Positions 51,748 to 64,000 of a DNA stretch of 64,000 nt are shown in pieces; the first letter of the stretch is position 1, and each line of letters begins with the position of its first letter. Where the stretch lies: NCBI GenBank assembly GCA_021613535.1, contig CP075492.1:4898001-4962000 (forward strand). The letters are read 5' to 3'. The notes under the pieces are model-generated. The model saw only the letters and a list, made by a program, of their open reading frames with translations, ran no database searches and was not told the DNA's origin. Made by a program: the position numbers and the translations under genes. The DNA comes from Adineta vaga. Its lineage: Eukaryota > Animalia > Rotifera.

Positions 51748-52866
51748 ATGCGATCTATAACTGTTTTTGTTCTATTAATTTGCGCAAGTCAATCACGAAT
51801 TTTGCTACCAACTATTCGACACTATTTTGATAAATTAACCGAATCAAATGATGATTCTTTCATTACTAGTTTATATGAATATTATCAAATGCAATACCAT
51901 CCAAATCGACCCATGGCTCGATCCGATGCAGAAAAATATATTCGAATAGAAAGTTTCAAAGAAAATTTCAAATTTATTACGGAAACAAATAACAACGAAG
52001 AGAATTCATTTAAATTAGGTTTGAATAAATTCACTGATTGGACATCAAATGAACTTGATCAGCATACCGGTCTGATTCCTGACAAATTCACTCATGTTTC
52101 TTCACGTTACGATTTTGATCCATTACCCGACACGGAAAAATATTTTCCGTCAAATAATTATAATTATGATGCATGGGATTGGAGCGCACATCATGTAATT
52201 TCTCGACCAAAAAATCAAGGTCGATGTGGAAGTTGTTATGCATTTGCATTTGCCGGAATGCTTGAAGCGAATTATGCTATTCGACAAGGTACAACCGAAG
52301 ATTTTAGTGAACAACAATTTGTAGATTGTGCCGCTTTATTCGGTTGTCGCGGAAGTAATTTCATTCCATGTTTCAATTATATGAAATCGAAACATTGGTT
52401 TACTCAATTGACCACTCATTATCCATATACAGCCGTCGTTCAATCATGCCCTGCAACGCATTTGAATGGAATTTATCTCGGTGAAAAGTTATACAAACGT
52501 GTACCGATGAATGATGAAGAAATCTTGAAAGTACTTCTCCGAAAATATGGACCTATTTACATTTCATTGAATGTTGGTAATCAAGCAAACGAATCAACAC
52601 TTCTGACAAATATTTCAAAGAAATTTAATGCTTATTCTCAAGGTATTTTCGATGTATCAGGTTGTAGTGATCAACCGCGACAAAATCATGCTATGCTTTT
52701 AGTTGGATATGGTCACGATCGAATAACAGGTTTAGATTATTGGAAAGTGAAAAATTCATGGGGACATACATGGGGAGAAAATGGATTTATTCGTATAAGA
52801 CGCGGTGTGAATATGTGTGGTATTGCTGCGGATGCTTATTACATTGGATCAGCTCCATTCATTTGA
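51748..52866 (+). CDS. Papain-family (C1A) cysteine protease, cathepsin L-like, intronless
   Basis: Signal peptide, I29 prodomain (ERFNIN-like; GLNKFTD), and catalytic motifs QGRCGSCYAF, NHAMLLVGYG, YWKVKNSWG. Confidence 0.95.
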   Translation: MRSITVFVLLICASQSRILLPTIRHYFDKLTESNDDSFITSLYEYYQMQYHPNRPMARSDAEKYIRIESFKENFKFITETNNNEENSFKLGLNKFTDWTSNELDQHTGLIPDKFTHVSSRYDFDPLPDTEKYFPSNNYNYDAWDWSAHHVISRPKNQGRCGSCYAFAFAGMLEANYAIRQGTTEDFSEQQFVDCAALFGCRGSNFIPCFNYMKSKHWFTQLTTHYPYTAVVQSCPATHLNGIYLGEKLYKRVPMNDEEILKVLLRKYGPIYISLNVGNQANESTLLTNISKKFNAYSQGIFDVSGCSDQPRQNHAMLLVGYGHDRITGLDYWKVKNSWGHTWGENGFIRIRRGVNMCGIAADAYYIGSAPFI

Positions 52867-53004
52867 AATTTTAATTTTGTTATTGAAAAAGTTCCTTTTG
52901 AAAAATGACAAGATAAAATATGAAATTTATTTCATGATTATGAATAGAATTTATATACAAATAATAGCATGCTTAAACATGAAGGAAAACAAAGTCTTGT
53001 ATAA

Positions 53005-56000
53005 TTACCAAAATGGACACCAGCCAAGATAAGATCTAAAAGATAAATTCAAAGAATTCCTTTTAAAAAATAAAATTCATACTGGCAAAGATTTTCATGA
53101 CTTGTCGCTTGTTTTATAAGTAATTCAACTTGTGTTGAAATATCAACAGGTTCTTCACGATGAAAATCATTTCCTATTAATTTATCTCGAACACGATTTA
53201 TTACTTCAACTGTTTGTATATCAATATTTTGTTTTTGATTTTGTTGAGTCGACCCATGTTCATCTACTAAACGCCAATTCAGTAGAGGATCATGTATAAA
53301 TGCTTCTAATACAGTCATAAGACTATCACGATTTGTTCTTAATACACCCATAACATGTTCACATGTCATACGAAATGTTCCATCAATTCCTGTAATTTCC
53401 ATTGCTTTACATAACATTCGTGTTAAACGAAAAGGAACTCTTTCAGCAAATTTTTCTCGTTTCATAGCTATTTCAAAACAATCACCAAAATCTATATGAA
53501 CCACTTTTCCACTCGTATGATCAAGCATTAAATTTGACAGATGACGATCACCTAAACCCAAAATATATCCAACCTAAAAAAAACGCAAATACAATGATAT
53601 ATATATATATATCCATATTCATAATCTCATTCTTTTACCATTGACATAATAGCTAATGATTTTGTGTAATTTGCTCTTCTAACTAACCATATTTCTGCAC
53701 TTGAACTTGTATACCAAAGAATTTTTGCTAAATCATTACCTTTTAAAAGACTAATTGCATATTCAAATATTTCAATTTTATTTATTAAGGGTAATTGTTC
53801 ATAATGTGCTGTTTCTTTTTGAATATGACGACATTCAATATCGTAAACAATCCCTGCTTTTTCACGGTAATCTTTGATTAATGTATGAAATGTTTCACAT
53901 TGTGTTACCCAACCAAGTAGACCAGTATTTAATGCTAATGGTATGACAGGATAACGTTGAATATTAAAATTTTGTCGACGTGTTTCTTCATTTACTGAAA
54001 GAAATTCATTAACTAAACCGAATAATTGCATGACACGTTCATCTTGCCGTAAATCTTCATGTCCTTTTAATAAAAATACATATTGAAAACCATCTGAACC
54101 TTGCATACTAATTTTTCTTGGTCGCTGTTTCGATGTTATAATTTTTATCTGAGAATGCATATTTTGAATAGTTATTGAGGGTTTATATGGTTCATATGTC
54201 CCTGGTACAGCTAATTCTAGATCTCGACAATGTGTAGTTAATTCTAAAAATATTTTTCAAAACAAAAACTATAAGATCTGAATCGATTTACTCTTACGTG
54301 GAGAAACTTGATCTAATTCCAAAGATGTCATATTTCGTAATTGAGTATGAATACGTTGATATACTTGAAAATAAAGTTGAAAAGCGAGTTGAAATTCAAG
54401 TGGATTTCTCGTTCGATGAAAACTACAAAGATTATCATAGGCTTGACGTAAATCATTTGCGTATAAATCAACAAAACTACGTTCGCTTAACGTTGTACAT
54501 TCAAAATTATTTTCAGAATGCAATAATATTAATGCATTTATCATACCTACAACATTTTTATGTTGTTCATATTGGTTTATTGCATTCGCTAAACCATCAT
54601 ACCATTTTTCGTGCCATAATATGGAAATTCGGATTAATTCATCACTGACAATAATAGCTTGTTGTACAAGAACAGAACTATGTCCTTTCATATGATTTAG
54701 AACAATATTCGCGGCAACTGATCGTTCACGAACAACTGATTTCGATGCAACAACCAATGGATAAATCAAAGCTTGAGAATGTTTCTGACCAATATTCATC
54801 AATAGACGTTGAATAAATTGACGAATTAATAGTTCTGATGAATCAATACGTGCAATTAATTGTGGTAAAACTTGTAGCCATACCTCAATTGGTACTTCAT
54901 GAATACCTTCGTTAATTATATCATAAACTTCTTGATATTGTCCATATTCAAATAAAAGTGTTAATAAACGAAGTGTATCTTGCAAACAATGTTTAGATTT
55001 CGATAGTACAATTGATTTTAATAAACTTTTCATCGATGAGATTGTACAATGTATTATTTTAATTTCTGATTGTGAATTCATTTCATTGGATTGTTTCAAA
55101 TGATTGATTGTTTCATAATTGAATACAGCATGAGCATTCCATGCTTTGTGATTTGATTCATCATAGGTACATGCATGTTCATAATTCTTCATTATTTGAT
55201 CTATTATATCATCATTCGTCATACCAAAAAGTTCATGTTGCCATGTACCTAATCGTAAGTAACATTTGGATGTTAGTTGACGAAAATGTTGTTCATTTTG
55301 ATTTGTATGAAGAGTTTGTTTCGATAAACATCTTTTATTAATCATTTCTTTCACATCATCTAATAATTTCAATTGATCTTGATGATTTTGTTCAAGTTTT
55401 AGATTGATATTCTCAATATTTGCTGGTATGATAGAATTTACATTCAGTAAAGCTTGTTTTCGAATTTGCCGTTGAGATAAAAGACGTTCACGTGATTTAA
55501 TCAAACAATGCCAATCATATTTAGCTTTTTCATATTGAATTACTACTGCATGATAATCTCGATTTTGATCTGTTGAATTTGTTTTTACTAATTGTTTGAA
55601 AATCCATTCTGCCATGATTAAACGATTCGATCGATGACAAAGATTAGCTAATTTAATCCATAATTGAAGATCTTCTCTCATTGGTAAACATAATGAATGT
55701 GTTAATAATGAACGATGATAATCATCAACAATTGGTTGATTTCCTTGTAAACGTTTTTGCCATATAGTACAAATCAATGGCCGACGTTCAGGATTAGTTT
55801 TATACGTCCATACTTCTTCTAATTCGGATAATAATTGAGTATTAATCATCGCTAGAATAACAAAAAAATCCAGATTAGAAATCAACTCATTGAATTTTCT
55901 ATACCTGAATATGCTCGATTATAACTTTCATTTGTTAATGTTGTTAATTCTTCATCTAGTAATTCTCTTGCTAAATCAATTGAATCATATGCTTGCCGAT

Positions 56001-59000
56001 AATTATCATTTCGAATTGCATTGATTGCACGATAATAAATACCTTCAAATTTTGTATCTGATATATGAAGAGAATATTTTTCCATATCAGTTAGATTTCC
56101 TACACTCCATGCTGCACGTGTAGCAATTGGTGCAATTGTTTCTTGAAGAACTTGTCTCAATTCAATTGTATTAGTATATTTTTCAATTAAATTTGTTGTA
56201 AATGGTAAATTTTTTTGATCATTATGAATCTGTTCAGTTTGATTCCATAAATGATTTGTTAAATTTCTCAATTCATTCCATGATCCAAGTGCTTGCATAC
56301 ATCTCATTCGTCCGAGATTGTTTTCGAAATTCAATGGATCATTTACATGAATAGATTCGTAATGTCTTAGTGCACGTTCCCATTGATTTAATTTTTCATA
56401 CCAAAGATCTTTGATTTCAATCTGATGAATTTTCGCATATGCTAATGCACCATATGCAGCTTCGGATTGTTGTAATTCATAATTAATACTTATTAACGAT
56501 TCAACAGTATCTGAAGTTACCAATGAAGATTCTTGTTCGTTTTCAAATTCAGTTTCTTGATATCGTAAAGCTTTGGCATAAGCTCGAACTGAAATAGCTT
56601 TTTTGATTAATAAATGAGTATCAATCAATGATTGATTGGAATTTTCATCGATTAGATTTGCTTTTCGTAATTTTAAATAACAATGATCATAAAATTCAAC
56701 TAAATTCAATATGATTTGTATTACATCGGCTTTTTCACATACAGATAAAACGTATGTTAAAATTTCTGTTAAACTTGATCGATCTTCAGCATTCAAAACA
56801 CTCCAACAAGAAACAAAGGATACATTGAATAGATCTTTTGAAATCGATGAAGAATGTTCAGCTAAACAAGTACCCATTGCACGTAATGAATAGATCGGTG
56901 ATTGTTCTAAAACAAGTTGTTGAAATTTATTGAACCATGTGGATATATCGATTGTATTTCCAGGCATTGCTTGTAACCAATGTTCTCTCAATCGTTTTGT
57001 ACGTATTGTATATAAAATCGAAGGACTATTTACAATCGATGCTGCAGAAGATGTTAGATTCGGAGTTTCATTGGCGATCGTTGGAATATCAACTGATGAT
57101 GAGTCTTTTAATTTTGAGATAAATAATTCATATTTAGGATATTGTAAATTCATTTCATTCATGATTTTAGAAATAGATGGATGAAAGATAAGAAAATGTT
57201 TACCCATATGTTGTGCTAAGATACAGATAAGATCTAAACATTGGATTTGTAATTCGAACGTATGACGAAGAATTGTTAATAATGCTTGAATTATACCGGA
57301 TATGTGATCATTTATGAAAACTTTGTCAACTAATTGTTCAAATGTAATCAATGCTTCGTTTCGTAATTGATTTGAATTTTCATCATCCGATGCGATATGT
57401 AAGATTTGTAATAAAACAGTATTTAAATAAGGTTTTGATTTTGTATCGAATTTATATAATATTAAAAACATTCGTGATAGAATCAATTGTCGATTATCTT
57501 TTTCTTTTATGGATAAATTCGTTGTATTTATACATAATATTTTCAGAATAAATGGTAATAATAAATGAATATATTCATGGCATCTATCACCTAATGCCAT
57601 AACTAATGATTCAGTTGTGTGGAGAAGTAAAATTTGTAATTCAATATTCGTATTCCAATACTTCTCAATCAATTGAAGAATATCATTGATAAATGGTACA
57701 ATCGAAATTTTAATTGAAAGTATAATTAAGTTCATTTGATGACAAAATGGAATTAAATTTCTCTGATCTGTATTATGTACAATAGATAATAAACATGGAA
57801 ATACCAATGAAACATATTGTGTAGAATTATTTCCAAGCCATTGAAAGATTTTTGTTAAACTTTGAAGAGATTTTAAATGTAAATGAAGATGATTCGAATC
57901 TTTGAGTATACGAAGAGAAGAATAGATGACGATCGAAGTATAGAAATCAGGTAAAGATTGATTGGTAGATGTAATTATTAGTTCATTCGAAGATAATTCA
58001 ATTGGATCGGATTTATTTCGAAGACGATGAATTAACGTGATGTCATTTACATCAAATGAATCATTCGAAGATCGAATATGATAAGGATCAATAGCACCGA
58101 TAAAACCAAGAAGACGAATTGTTTGACGACGAACTGAAATTTCATCAGATTTTAAAAATTTTAATAGAATATCAAGTAAAATAGGATAGTCTTTCAATGG
58201 ATCAATTACATAACAACAACTTTCAATTATTTGTCCAGTAGTCCATAGAGCTACTTCACGTTTACGAATATTTGATGTATCCTGAAGCATATTTATCAAT
58301 ATAGGAAATAAATCATGAATGTGTTCATGAAAACCAATACTACAGATGTGGGCATAATCACCAATTGTTCGAATTAAAGTAATAAAAGCATTCGAATGTT
58401 GTTCAGATCGTTTGATTAATCTTAATAATACCTAAAACAATTGGAAATATGTCGTCTGTCTTTCTTTCTATAAAAGATAAACTTTCGATTATGCCTACTT
58501 GAGTGATTATTTTCATATATGCTTTAACAATTCTCGGTGTATTTGTAATTAATTGTCCTAATAATCTTAGTGTTTGTTCTGTTTCACTTAGTGGACGTTC
58601 GATAACTAATTGAGTTAATAATTGATATAAGACGTGTTTTAATCGTGGTAAAATATATCCTGGATTGAGATTTGATAAACGTCCAAGTAGACTTACTGCA
58701 AGTTCATTTATTTCCTGACTTTGATCATTTATTGAATAGAATAATAATTCCAATACTTCAGATTTTACAAGAAATTCGTTAAAATTATCGTACAAGGTCA
58801 AAAGAACATTATAACGCACATCAGGATTTGAATCAGTAACACTAATGTTTAATAATATTTGAATAATCAAACTGATTTTTAATCGTATTTTATTCATTGA
58901 AGCGATGAATGGTAATAATTTTTGTAATAAATGTGTTATTATTTTGATTGATTCAATTCGGATATGTACATTGTCATGTTGAATGAAATGACAGTGGAGT

Positions 59001-61050
59001 GTATCAATAAATGTTGGTTCAATAGCTTGAATTTCAAAATTGAACATTCGAAATGTTTCTAAAGCGATTAATATCAAATCAAATTGATCTTTGGATAAAT
59101 TTGATTGATATGCTAATGGATTGCAGAGAATTAAACGAAGATTTTCTAATAAACCTTGATAGATTCTCTGTTTGAATTCAGTTACAATCCATGGCATTGA
59201 ACATAAATTTTTTAAACAGATTAATAAAGAATGATTTAATTGGCAATTTAATAAGTATTCTAATAGATTATTCAAATATTTCGATGTTTCTCGACCTGCT
59301 CCACCAATCAATGTTATACAGGCAAATATACTCGCATCAGGCAATGAATATCGACAGGATAACGAATTCTCATTTGAAATAAACGTTTGTTTTAAACATG
59401 CAATGGTTTTAGTCATATATTTGGTTACTATGTGATGATCGGAATCTAAACGAATCATTAAACCTAATGCATGAAATGCTAATTGACGTTGATTTAATTC
59501 CGAAGAATTGATTTCATCGAAAATGAAATTCATTGTTGGTTCAATGTATGATTTTTGAGAAAAGAATTCGTAATCTAATGATGCTAAACGTGGTAAAATA
59601 CGAATTAATACATTGGCAATTAGAAATGATAGTTGATGAAGATATGGAAAGATTTGATGACAAGTTTCATGAAGATTTTTTAACAAAATTGAACGCATTA
59701 GAGATGATTGAACTTGTATTGATGATTGATTAATATTATCCATGATATTGATGGGTGATAAAGGATCTGTCTGTTCAGATGTTAAAGCAAGACGAGAACG
59801 ATGAATATCCTAAGAAAATATACATCTCTTTTCAATTCGTTATCATATACGATATAATTATTTTACTTTATAAGAAAGTCGTTTCGATTTCGATGGATTA
59901 TTACTTAAAGTTTGACAAATATTCTATAAGCAAGCATTCATTATTGAAAATTCGATATTTTTACTAATGAATCATCTTACTTCAAATTGAATATCTGATA
60001 CTCGTAGCAATTCATTCAATAATAACAGTCCGCCATGAATTTCATCTTCATTTTGATTATTTTCCAAACATGCCATTGATTCTTTATAAGCCATCTAAAT
60101 CAACAAGATTCAATGAATGGAAACAAAAAACTATAACATTTTCAAAACAAACATGATATGCTGGAAGAAATGTTTCATCTTCATGATCAATCAATACAAT
60201 CAATGTTGCTTTCATTGTTTCAGCAAATGCTTCACGAATGTATTGCTAAATTCAATGAATAAATCATAGAAAAACATCACTTCATAATTTTACCTCTGAA
60301 TCGATCATTGTATTAAAAAGTTGTTCAAAATATTGTTCAATGGGTGTTATCAAATGATAATAACGTAATGGTGCTGTAATAGCAATTTCTTTTAGAATTT
60401 GTATTCCAGTATAACGTCGTATTTCATGTCTTTCTTCAGGTGAAATATATTCCAATGCTTTAAGAATATCCAATGAAAATCGATCAACATTCAATCGATC
60501 ACAACCCTAGATTGAATTGAATTTGGAATAATAACAAATATGACAAGTAAATCTCTATACTTTAACAAGAAGACATGTTAGTTTGACAAGTAATTCACAT
60601 AGATTTGGATCGACAGACATTTGCTTGTAACCACGTAATGTTGTTTCTAATTTATTACTTAATTCAGTATAAAAATTTTGTCCAGCACAAATAAAACAAA
60701 CTATAAATATATATTGGGTACAGAGAACTATAGCTTTTGGATAAAAACATACGAATAACAAGAAGTGCGGCACGATTTTCATTGATAGCATTGGGATTAC
60801 TCATTTTCTGTCGAACAAAAATTTGAATTTCAGCAACAAGATTTTGAACAACATCTGGTAGCACCTTTTCACATACAAAATATTCATTTATTCTAATCGA
60901 ATAAGAATCTTTACTTACATCGATATATTGTGCAATAATGCGTTCGTAAAGATCATTAGTTGCTTGTCGACGTATATCTTCATTCGAACTTTGTAAATCA
61001 TCGATAAACTGTTCTAATAGAGTAGAAAATCGAGTATCTGATACACACAT
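53005..61050 (-). CDS. mTOR: Target-of-rapamycin (TOR) kinase, divergent, multi-exon
   Basis: HEAT region ([40 protein letters not shown]), FAT ([30 protein letters not shown]), FRB (ILWHEKW), kinase ([36 protein letters not shown]) and FATC ([14 protein letters not shown]). Confidence 0.95.
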
Positions 61051-61518
61051 TTTCTACTTCTGAATAAAACTTCCAAATAAACGTGTTTTTTTCTCTTCGT
61101 ACCAATGAAGTATTTACATGGAAAAAGTCAAACAACATGACGTCCAACGATTACTCACCTTTTTGCGTTCTTTTATTGGAGCACGTGTTACTAGAATGAC
61201 TGTGTAAAATAAAGAATAAAGAATAGAAATACTATTCATATTACAATACCCAATGTACGGTTGTGTGTAATTTTTATTGAAATCATAGTAATGCGATTGT
61301 AATTACATACGATCACGAATGAAACATGTTATTCCGAATAGAAAAAGAGAAGAACAGGGAATAACTGTTATTTTTCGACTATAATCATACTAAAGGAATT
61401 GGAATATATGTGGGATAGAACAGAACGAAAGAAAAAATGTCACATATAATGATAGAACCGATATGAGTTATCTCTCATGTCTTTGAAAGTTCTAATGATT
61501 TAGAATATTTGTTTAATT

Positions 61519-62421
61519 TTAAATAGTATTTGCTGGTCTAATGCGAATCTGATGAAAATGATGATTAGTAATCATTTGAATGAATTCTTGACGAAATTCA
61601 TGAAGTGTAATATAATAAACTAGAATTGAAGAACTGTGATATGTGTAAAGTGGTAGATCGAATAGATTTAGAATAACAACATTTGTTGTTGATGAAAAAA
61701 ATGGAAATACAATTGTATTTGGTGTTGTTGATATTAGAAAAAGTAATGTTGTAATAACAAGACTGATTGAAATAGATCGATGTCGAATACGTGAATTTTG
61801 TACTCGACTTGTACGAGATTGAGTAATTAAATAATAAATTATAGCACTATTTAATAAAACCATGCATATAAATGGAATATAATTGCATAGAAATGAATTG
61901 ATTTGTGACCATAAAGGATGAATAACATAGAGATAAGAATTACGATTAATGGTACCATTTGCATTGTAGAAACAAGCAAAAATGACTAGATGAAGATTGA
62001 ATAGAATGAATATTATGAAAATACAAATTATGATAAGAAGAATATGTTTAGGTTGACCAAACCAAGTTCGATGACGACGACTCAAGGCAATATATCGATC
62101 CGAACAAACAAAGACTCGTAGCCAAGTTGCAATTCCTGTTGCAGAAAAATGTAAAAATTGTATATGTTCGAAGAGTATAACCATGTATACCCCAAAAATA
62201 ATGATCAAGATTCCATCCGTATAATATGATTAAATCAACAATGGCAATGGCTCGCATATAATGAAATGTTGGTCGTTTGTTTGTATCGCGGAATTTTTTT
62301 CGGCAAAAAATATCAATGTTATGAAATTACATAGTGTACCGACAATAACTAGTGTTAATGAAGTATAACCGATGAATGACATTAGAGATGCATAGATGTT
62401 TGTTGTTGAATTGCTTGCCAT
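61519..62421 (-). pseudogene. Rhodopsin-family GPCR with two frame disruptions
   Basis: TM1 (VIVGTLCN), TM2 (YMRAIAIVDLIILYGWN) and TM3-7 (CSDRY...) lie in three successive ORFs. There is a homopolymer shift near 62300 and a probable deletion removing the TM3 Cys near 62155. Confidence 0.8.
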
Positions 62422-64000
62422 TGTATGATAAATAGATTGATATTAAAGTGTAATTTTTCTGAACGAGTCTCTTCGTGAATATGAAAATACTTTCATAGAG
62501 TTCTTTCATGTAGCTGATAGTTACAATGAGACATTTTCTTCATTGTCGTCGATGAATAATAAAAATAGATTTAATTATACAAGTTTTTCAAAAATAAGTA
62601 ATGGGCATGACTATATAGGCGTATGAGAATTACATGCTTTGATAATTATCAGAGAACAACAGATTTATTAGATAATACATTATAACTATACAAAGTGTTC
62701 ATTAATGTAGTGTATATTCTTCGATTTGATTGAACAGGATAGATGAATAGAAAGATCAACCTTTGATCTCGAATATGTTCAATATAATGAGAATCGTGAG
62801 AGGATATTGATAAAGATGGAAATGTAGTTAGAAGTGGTAGTGAAACATACTGTTAACCTCCGTCGATCTAATAAAATCGATTTCTATTCATGTCAAGAAG
62901 AAGGTACAGTATCAATATGTTCTCAAATAGCATTCATACATCTATATTCTAGTATACTACTGTTTTCGAATCTTCTTGATTGAGTGAGATTGAGATATAT
63001 ATCAGTGACGAAATAAAAATCATTCCATTACTTCTGAATCTGACGAGGAATCACCAATAAACTCGATTTTTTCCATGATTACTTTTTTTATTGTTTAAAA
63101 GACTTTACAGTTCTCTTTTCAATTATGCATATAGTATGGAGCAGATCATTCTTTCCTTTTTCGTTCTATTTATATAAATTAAATCCGAATTTTGCAAACA
63201 GATTCTTCATCAATCACTTTTTTCTCATCCTTTCTATGATATTACATTTGAGAAAATGATCTCAATTTTCGTATAACTGACAATCTGTTCTTTTTCTTCG
63301 CCAACGAATTCAGTAGAAAGTTTTATACATACAACTATAAGATCGATTTATTGATTATGTGTACGAGGACAAACAATCGACAACAGACAGAGATCCAGAA
63401 TCCTTTACTCATTTAGCGTATACTGAAAGAACAGTACCCACTTCTTCTTCTTCCCTAGCACACAAGTAATATGTGAATTGACAACAACTTTGATCGTGTT
63501 TTTCCTTGTATAGAGAATGAAATCGAGACAAAGGACATTCATGAAAATAGATATCGTTTTTCATTTAACGGTTATGTTGTTAAAGCCTTGGTTGGTGTAT
63601 AGCCGATCCTTTAATCGATGCGCTCAATGATCCATACTAAACAGGTGATATCAAAGATGTGTATACTAATAATTGATCCTGTTTTCTGTCAATTGTAGGA
63701 TATTTTCTACACTCGATTAAAAAATAAACTGTAGAATACCAATAGTTTCTAAATCTTCGATTAATCTGTAATATGAATATTGAAGTTAATTAAAGAATGA
63801 TGTCGCGTGTCGTATGATATGCATATCACATTTAATGGTTATTTCACTCAAGTATCAATGCGTTATTCCTGACATCATGGAGAAAAGAATCGTTTGATGG
63901 GTGTATCAAACTTCGTCATTTACGTATAATCTATGCATGAATAATTTAGCTACGCCTTTCTAACACGTCCGATAAGTATATAAACACAACGAATAAAGCT

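Noticed and set aside
62750-63900. Possible degraded minus-strand gene (SCCQFTYYLCAREEEEVG; KIEFIGDSSSDSE)
   Set aside because: Only fragments with many stops and no consistent exon model.
1-64000. Prokaryotic origin, operons, CRISPR arrays or phage-defence islands
   Set aside because: There are many spliceosomal introns and animal genes (protocadherin, GPCRs, TOR), and I saw no repeat-spacer array.

Overview
AT-rich eukaryotic (animal) genomic DNA with compact genes and short (~50-90 nt) GT-AG introns. The gene content and intron size most resemble a bdelloid rotifer (inference, not proven). The window has about 25 genes or pseudogenes and one tRNA-Cys(GCA). Typical animal genes include a TOR kinase, a protocadherin, rhodopsin-type GPCRs, a papain-family protease and a macro-PARP. 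Expanded families include F-box/LRR, ART-TPR, FG-GAP and LamG proteins. Several genes look non-metazoan and are horizontal-transfer candidates: an S9 peptidase, a Shr3-like ER chaperone, an APH-like kinase, a GRDP/DUF1399 protein and a six-hairpin glycoside hydrolase. Most notable: (1) a divergent TOR whose FRB domain carries Ile at the Ser2035-equivalent position, the classic rapamycin-resistance substitution, and which also has a shortened regulatory loop; (2) two paralogues fusing a FAF1-type UAS domain to an F-box/LRR module; (3) a 49-aa MGNCCS microprotein missed by the ORF track; (4) a Shr3-like gene with an intron; (5) a 1.36-kb intron-containing gene fragment flanked by a 17-bp direct repeat; (6) a candidate alpha-pore-forming/APOL-like protein. 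All family assignments come from motif recognition and recalled reference sequences; no database searches were run.
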